From: Clostridiales bacterium UBA7011
Lineage (GTDB): Bacteria > Bacillota > Clostridia > Oscillospirales > Butyricicoccaceae
Assembly: GCA_002449635.1 (NCBI GenBank)
Contig: DJXF01000014.1
Span: 13,374-77,373, forward strand
DNA length: 64,000 nucleotides
Direction of reading: 5' to 3'
Part shown: positions 58,089 to 64,000 of the stretch, piece by piece
Position numbering within the stretch: position 1 is the first letter of the stretch
Layout of the letters: each line of letters starts with the position of its first letter
The notes under the pieces: model-generated
The model's input: the letters and a program-made list of their open reading frames with translations, nothing else
The model's database searches: none
What the model was told of the DNA's origin: nothing
Position numbers and translations under genes: made by a program

Positions 58089-59377
58089 ATACATTTTTGA
58101 AAGTTATTCGCGCCGACGGCGAGACGGAACAGCGTCAGATCGCCGAAATGAAGGCGCGCGCGGCGGAGACCGCCGCAGATATCGACCGCAGCGTCGCGGC
58201 AATCATGGAGGATGTGCGCCAAAACGGCATGGAGGCTGTCGAGCGGTATTCCCTGAAGTTTGACGGTGCGCGTCCGTATGTTGTGCCGGAGGAGCGGATA
58301 CAGCAGGCGTATGACGCCTGCCCGCGCGGCCTGCGCGATGCGCTCGAGCTGAGTGCAAAGAATATTGCAGACTATCATGAAAAGATGATGGTGAGCACGT
58401 GGGAATACCGCCGCAGTGAGGGCGCGGTACTGGGACAGATGGTGCGCGGACTGGCGCGCGTCGGCATCTATGTGCCGGGCGGCACAGCGGCCTATCCGTC
58501 CACCGTGCTGATGAACGCGGTGACCGCAAAGGTTGCCGGTGTGGGACAGATCATTATGGTGACCCCGCCGACGGACAACCTCAGCGATGCGGTGCTCGCG
58601 GCGGCTAAAATTGCCGGTGTCGATCAGGTCATTGCCTGCGGCGGCGTGCAGGCGATTGCTGCGCTGACCTATGGCGCGGGCTTTGTTCCGGCGGTCGATA
58701 AAATCGTAGGTCCGGGCAACGCCTATGTCGCAGCCGCGAAAAAGCAGGCATTCGGCAAGGTGGACATTGATATGATCGCAGGACCGTCAGAGGTGCTTGT
58801 CATTGCAGATGACAGCGCCGATCCGGTATATGTTGCCGCCGATCTGCTGTCGCAGGCCGAGCACGACCGCATGGCATCCGCCGTCCTGCTGACGGACAGC
58901 GAGGCGCTGGCACAGCGCGTTTCGGAGGAAATGGACCGCCAGTCGGCGGATATGCCGCGGCGCGGGATTATTGAGGAATCGGTGCGCAATTACGGAATCG
59001 GACTGGTGTTTGACAATCTGGAGGATGCGTGTGTGATGGCGGATGAGGTTGCGCCAGAGCATCTGGAAATTGTGACGAGACAGCCGCGCGCACTGCTGCC
59101 GAAGCTGCACAATGCGGGTGCGATTTTCCTGGGCGCATACTCACCTGAGCCGCTGGGAGATTATATGGCGGGTCCGTGCCATGTGCTGCCGACGTCCGGT
59201 ACGGCGCGCTTTTTCTCGCCGCTGTCCACCGACACCTTCCTGAAAAAGACGAGCATTATTGAATATTCCGAGGAAGAGCTGAACAAGGTGGCGGACGGCA
59301 TCATTACGATGGCGGAGAGCGAAAAGCTGACCGCGCATGCCAATTCCATCCGAAAGAGAAAGGAAGCCCGCTCATGA
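58085..59377 (+). CDS. hisD: Histidinol dehydrogenase
   Basis: YVPGGTAAYPS, VGPGNAYV, DMIAGPSEV, LLSQAEHD, APEHL, HVLPT. Confidence 0.97.
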   Translation: MNTFLKVIRADGETEQRQIAEMKARAAETAADIDRSVAAIMEDVRQNGMEAVERYSLKFDGARPYVVPEERIQQAYDACPRGLRDALELSAKNIADYHEKMMVSTWEYRRSEGAVLGQMVRGLARVGIYVPGGTAAYPSTVLMNAVTAKVAGVGQIIMVTPPTDNLSDAVLAAAKIAGVDQVIACGGVQAIAALTYGAGFVPAVDKIVGPGNAYVAAAKKQAFGKVDIDMIAGPSEVLVIADDSADPVYVAADLLSQAEHDRMASAVLLTDSEALAQRVSEEMDRQSADMPRRGIIEESVRNYGIGLVFDNLEDACVMADEVAPEHLEIVTRQPRALLPKLHNAGAIFLGAYSPEPLGDYMAGPCHVLPTSGTARFFSPLSTDTFLKKTSIIEYSEEELNKVADGIITMAESEKLTAHANSIRKRKEARS

Positions 59378-60438
59378 TTACATTACCGGAAAAGCTGTCC
59401 CGCATGACACCGTACGATCCCAGCGAGGATCTTTATCAGATCAAGCTGGATGCAAATGAGAGCTACTTCTCACTGCCGGAGGATCTGCGCGATGCGATTG
59501 CGGCGAGCATTGATACCATTGATTTTAACCGCTATCCGGATCCGAGCGTAGACGGTCTGCGCCGTCTGGCGGGGCGTGAATTTCGCGCTGCACCCGGCAA
59601 TATTGTCGTGGGAAACGGTTCGGACGAGCTGATTTCCTTGATTATGAACACCTTTGCCCCGCGCGGCGGAAAGGTCATGGTGCTGTCTCCGGATTTCTCC
59701 ATGTATCAGTTCTATGCCGAGGTCGCGGAGCTGGAGGTCATCAATCTGCTCAAGGACGATGAGTTTATGCTGACCGAGCAGCAGGTGATTGACCGCGTAC
59801 AGGCGGAGCAGCCGGATATCCTGATTTTCTCCAATCCGTGCAATCCGAGCGGACAGGGCTTCCGGCATGCGGAGGTCGTGCGCATGTGCGACGCGCTCGA
59901 GGACACGCTGGTTGTCGTGGACGAGGCCTATATGGACTTCTGGGATCAGAGCATTCTGGATGTCTCCACGGCGATGGAAAATGTTCTGGTCATGAAAACC
60001 CTGTCCAAGGCGTACGGCTGTGCCGCACTGCGCTGCGGCTTTGTCATCGGCTATGCGGATCTCATCGAGCAGCTGAACAAGACGCGCTCGCCGTATAACA
60101 TCGGTTCTCTGGTACAGATGGCGGCGTCCATTGTGCTCGAGGACACCGGCTGGCAGAAGGAACAGTGCGCACAGATTGTCGCGCGCAAAGAGGAACTGGA
60201 ACAGGCGTGTACACAGCTGGCAGAGCGCACGGGCGCGTTCACCGTCCTGCCGACGCACACGAACTTCGTCGTTCTGCGCACACCGCGCTGCAAAGAGCTG
60301 TTTGAAGAACTGAAAAACCGCAGCATTTGCGTCCGCTGCTTTGCGAAGTTTGACATGCTGCGCATCACGACCGGAAATGCGGAGGAAAACGCCGCTCTGC
60401 TTGCAGAACTGGCGGACATCTGCGGTGCAAAGGAGTGA
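59374..60438 (+). CDS. hisC: Histidinol-phosphate aminotransferase
   Basis: KLDANE, NRYPD, GNGSDELI, NPCNPSG, VDEAY, TLSKAYG. Confidence 0.95.
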   Translation: MITLPEKLSRMTPYDPSEDLYQIKLDANESYFSLPEDLRDAIAASIDTIDFNRYPDPSVDGLRRLAGREFRAAPGNIVVGNGSDELISLIMNTFAPRGGKVMVLSPDFSMYQFYAEVAELEVINLLKDDEFMLTEQQVIDRVQAEQPDILIFSNPCNPSGQGFRHAEVVRMCDALEDTLVVVDEAYMDFWDQSILDVSTAMENVLVMKTLSKAYGCAALRCGFVIGYADLIEQLNKTRSPYNIGSLVQMAASIVLEDTGWQKEQCAQIVARKEELEQACTQLAERTGAFTVLPTHTNFVVLRTPRCKELFEELKNRSICVRCFAKFDMLRITTGNAEENAALLAELADICGAKE

Positions 60439-61061
60439 TGACAATGGGGTACATCGGAATTGTCGATTACGGCGCGGGAAATCTGATGAGTGTCTCCAAG
60501 GCGCTGGATTTTCTCGGGCTGGAAAACAGAATTGTCACCACACCTGACGGAATGGAACAGGCATCCGGCATTATTTTGCCCGGCGTCGGCGCATTTCCCG
60601 ATGCAATGCAGGCGCTGGAGGAATCCGGTCTGACGCAGTCGCTCATTCATGCGGCGAAGACCCGGCCGTTTCTCGGCATTTGTCTGGGCGCGCAGATGCT
60701 GTTTGAGCAGAGTGAGGAAATTCATCCGACGCGCGGACTCGGCTTGCTGCCGGGGTGCGTACAGAAAATTGACACCGATCTCAAGCTGCCGCAGATCGGC
60801 TGGAACAGTCTGGAATACCGCAAAAATGACCCGCTTCTGCAGGATGTGCCGGAGGGCGCATATGTCTATTTTGTGCACACCTTCAAAATGTGTCCGGCAG
60901 AACAATCCGACCTGATTGCGACCTGTGACTACCACGACCGCGTCACGGCGATGGTGGGACGCGGAAAGCTGTACGGCTGTCAGTTCCATCCGGAAAAAAG
61001 CGGTGAGGTCGGCATCACCATTCTGCGCAATTTCGGCAACATGGTAGGAGGGGCAAAATGA
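60438..61061 (+). CDS. hisH: Imidazole glycerol phosphate synthase glutaminase subunit
   Basis: DYGAGNL, LPGVGAF, GICLGAQ, QFHPEKS. Confidence 0.96.
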   Translation: MTMGYIGIVDYGAGNLMSVSKALDFLGLENRIVTTPDGMEQASGIILPGVGAFPDAMQALEESGLTQSLIHAAKTRPFLGICLGAQMLFEQSEEIHPTRGLGLLPGCVQKIDTDLKLPQIGWNSLEYRKNDPLLQDVPEGAYVYFVHTFKMCPAEQSDLIATCDYHDRVTAMVGRGKLYGCQFHPEKSGEVGITILRNFGNMVGGAK

Positions 61062-61777
61062 GAATTTTACCTGCAATAGATCTGCACGATCAGATGTGCG
61101 TGCGTCTGGTCAAGGGCGATTACGCCACAGCGCATAAGGTCGCGGAGGATGCTGTCGAGACCGCACGCAGCTTTCTTGACGCCGGGGCGCAGCTGATTCA
61201 TATGGTGGATCTTGACGGCGCGAAGGACGGCACCCATCCGAATTATCCGGTGGTGCGCCGCGTCATCGAAGAGACCGGAGCCGCTGTCGAGCTGGGCGGC
61301 GGCATTCGCACGATGGAGGATGTCGCACGCGTGCTCGAGCTGGGCGTTCAGCGCGTCATCATCGGCTCGGCAGCGGTAAAGAATCCTCTGTTTGTGCGCG
61401 AGGCATGTGAGAAATACGGCGACCGCATTGCGGTCGGCATCGACGCGCGCGGCGGCACAGTGCGCACAGAGGGCTGGCTGAAGGACAGCGGCACAGACTA
61501 CATTGCCTTTGCCCGGCAGATGGAGCGCTACGGTGTAAAGACGATTATTTTCACCGATATCGACAAGGACGGCATGCTGTCCGGTCCGAACTTTGACCAG
61601 TTGCAGGCTTTGCGCGATGCGGTTTCCTGCGGAATTGTGGCATCCGGCGGCGTGTCCACACTGGAGGACATTGTCCGGCTGCGCGATATGGGCATTGAAG
61701 AGGCCATTGCCGGCAAGGCGGTTTACACCGGTCAGCTCGATGTCAGACGAGCCATTGAACTGGCAGGGGAGGTGTGA
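61058..61777 (+). CDS. hisA: ProFAR isomerase
   Basis: PAIDL, HMVDLDGA, GGGIR, TDIDKDGML. Confidence 0.96.
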   Translation: MRILPAIDLHDQMCVRLVKGDYATAHKVAEDAVETARSFLDAGAQLIHMVDLDGAKDGTHPNYPVVRRVIEETGAAVELGGGIRTMEDVARVLELGVQRVIIGSAAVKNPLFVREACEKYGDRIAVGIDARGGTVRTEGWLKDSGTDYIAFARQMERYGVKTIIFTDIDKDGMLSGPNFDQLQALRDAVSCGIVASGGVSTLEDIVRLRDMGIEEAIAGKAVYTGQLDVRRAIELAGEV

Positions 61778-61780
61778 GAC

Positions 61781-62554
<774 letters not shown>

Positions 62555-62564
62555 GGAACAAGCT

Positions 62565-62897
62565 ATGAATCTCGATCGATTTTTTCAAAAAGGTGAGCTG
62601 ATTCCGGTTATCTGTCAGGATGAGCGCACCAACGAGGTGCTCATGCTGGGATATGCCAATCGTGAGGCGCTGCAGAACACCATGGATACCGGCACCGCAT
62701 GGTTTTTCTCCCGCAGCCGGCAGAAGCTGTGGAACAAGGGAGAGACATCGGGCAACTTTATTTTTGTCAGCCGGATTCTGACCGATTGTGATGATGATAC
62801 GCTGATTTACCGCGGTATCCCCAAGGGCCCGACCTGTCACACGGGCAACCGCACCTGCTTCTATCAGCCCCCGATTTGGGAGAAAACAACGGAATAA
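62565..62897 (+). CDS. hisI: Phosphoribosyl-AMP cyclohydrolase
   Basis: SRSRQKLWNKGETSGN, DCDDD, CHTGNRTCF. Confidence 0.96.
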   Translation: MNLDRFFQKGELIPVICQDERTNEVLMLGYANREALQNTMDTGTAWFFSRSRQKLWNKGETSGNFIFVSRILTDCDDDTLIYRGIPKGPTCHTGNRTCFYQPPIWEKTTE

Positions 62898-62911
62898 GAG
62901 GAGAATATACG

Positions 62912-63238
62912 ATGTCCAAAGCATTTGAAAGTATGGAATATGTCATTCAGCAGCGCCGCGAGCAGCCGATGGAGAAATCCTATACCTGCTATCTGTTTGA
63001 GCAGGGAATGGACAAGATCCTCAAGAAGGTCGGCGAAGAAACCGCGGAGACGATCATCGCGGCAAAAAACGGCGACCGCGAAAATCTGGTCGGTGAGATC
63101 AATGACCTGTTGTATCACATCATGGTCATGATGAACGAGGCGGGCATTTCCCTCGCTGAGGTCGAAGAAGAAATGAATGCGCGTGCCGGAAAGATCGGCA
63201 ATCTGAAGCAGTTTCATGTCAGCGACCACAATACATAA
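62912..63238 (+). CDS. hisE: Phosphoribosyl-ATP pyrophosphatase
   Basis: SYTCYLF, KILKKVGEE, DLLYH; GAGGAG RBS. Confidence 0.95.
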   Translation: MSKAFESMEYVIQQRREQPMEKSYTCYLFEQGMDKILKKVGEETAETIIAAKNGDRENLVGEINDLLYHIMVMMNEAGISLAEVEEEMNARAGKIGNLKQFHVSDHNT

Positions 63239-63280
63239 CCTTGGGCGATGACGGCGCAGACACAGCAGCAATAAAAAATA

Positions 63281-63330
63281 AATCCATAGCGACCGGAAAG
63301 GGCATGCACCCGAACCTTCGCTATGGATTT
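63281..63330. terminator. Bidirectional terminator between hisE and the MalY/PatB gene
   Basis: AATCCATAGCGA/TCGCTATGGATT stem flanked by A and T runs. Confidence 0.7.
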
Positions 63331-63335
63331 TTGTT

Positions 63336-64000
63336 TTATCGATGAAATACATACCGGTCGAGACGGTCAAAGGCTTCTTTGACACGGCTGAGCGGCAATG
63401 CGAGATTCATTCGGATTGCACACGGAGCACCGAACATGCGTCCGTCCTGCCAGCTGACGCCGACCTCCCAGCCGGCTTTTTCCAGTTCGTCGAGCGAGGT
63501 GTCATGCCTGCGGCACCATTCACTGCAGTCGAGAAACAGCATATAGGTTCCTTGCGGCTTGCTGACTGCGATACCGTCAAAGTGCTCCGCGATGTAATTG
63601 CAAGCATAGTCCACATTCTCAGTCAGAACGGAGCACAGCTCATCCACCCACTGATGTCCTTCCGGCGTATATGCGCCGATGAGCGCGTGCATGGAGAGCA
63701 CGTTCATGCTGTTGTAGTGGGTGAGACCGGCCTCTTTGTCAACCCGATCCCGGAGCCAGTCGTTATAGATGATGTGATAAGAGCCGATAAGGCCGGCCAG
63801 ATTGAAGGTCTTGGAGGGAGCATAAAGTGCCACGGTGCGCTGCCTTGCGTCTTCGCTGATGCTCTGCAGAGGGATATGCTTTGCCTCTCCCAGGGTTAGA
63901 TCGGACCAGATCTCATCTGAAATGACATAAACGTCGTGCTTTTGGAAGAGGGCCATCATTGCCTCCAGCTCTTCCATCTCCCATACCCGCCCGCAGGGAT
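63336..64000 (-). CDS. MalY/PatB-family PLP-dependent C-S lyase, 5'-truncated by window edge
   Basis: SDEIWSD, APSKTFNLAGL, PQGTY, RMNLALP. Confidence 0.9.
   Translation of the reverse strand, partial: PCGRVWEMEELEAMMALFQKHDVYVISDEIWSDLTLGEAKHIPLQSISEDARQRTVALYAPSKTFNLAGLIGSYHIIYNDWLRDRVDKEAGLTHYNSMNVLSMHALIGAYTPEGHQWVDELCSVLTENVDYACNYIAEHFDGIAVSKPQGTYMLFLDCSEWCRRHDTSLDELEKAGWEVGVSWQDGRMFGAPCAIRMNLALPLSRVKEAFDRLDRYVFHR

Overview
Chromosomal backbone of a spore-forming Clostridia-class (Bacillota) bacterium, probably a gut Oscillospirales-like organism (inferred from the gene set: spoIVB-spo0A, polC, ffs-dnaX-ybaB-recR, yqhT-efp). Housekeeping blocks: large SRP RNA-dnaX-ybaB-recR; polA-(YwlE-like)-rimI-tsaD; aconitase-icd-rex; nfo-like-Xaa-Pro peptidase-efp; pyrH-frr-uppS-cdsA-dxr-rseP-ispG-polC; a his operon (hisZGDCHAFIE) with no hisB. 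Between them are two probable inositol/cyclitol loci, two LtaS/sulfatase paralogs, a CIRCE-controlled hsp20, a small alarmone synthetase, mntP, lemA-DUF2207 and several orphan regulators. I saw no tRNA, rRNA, CRISPR array, transposase, integrase or intact prophage, and no multi-gene system that I can call new with confidence. Best leads: (1) a promoter plus alternatively pairing, terminator-containing leader upstream of a stand-alone SLOG gene; (2) a YwlE-like protein whose catalytic Cys is replaced by Asp, coupled to polA and rimI; (3) an orphan SPP1-type holin with sporulation-like upstream signals; (4) a terminator inside the leader of a DUF2798-like gene; (5) a 54-aa, 12-Cys membrane miniprotein missing from the ORF track; (6) a non-canonical structured mntP leader. 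All family calls come from recognising motifs by eye; no database search or folding program was run.
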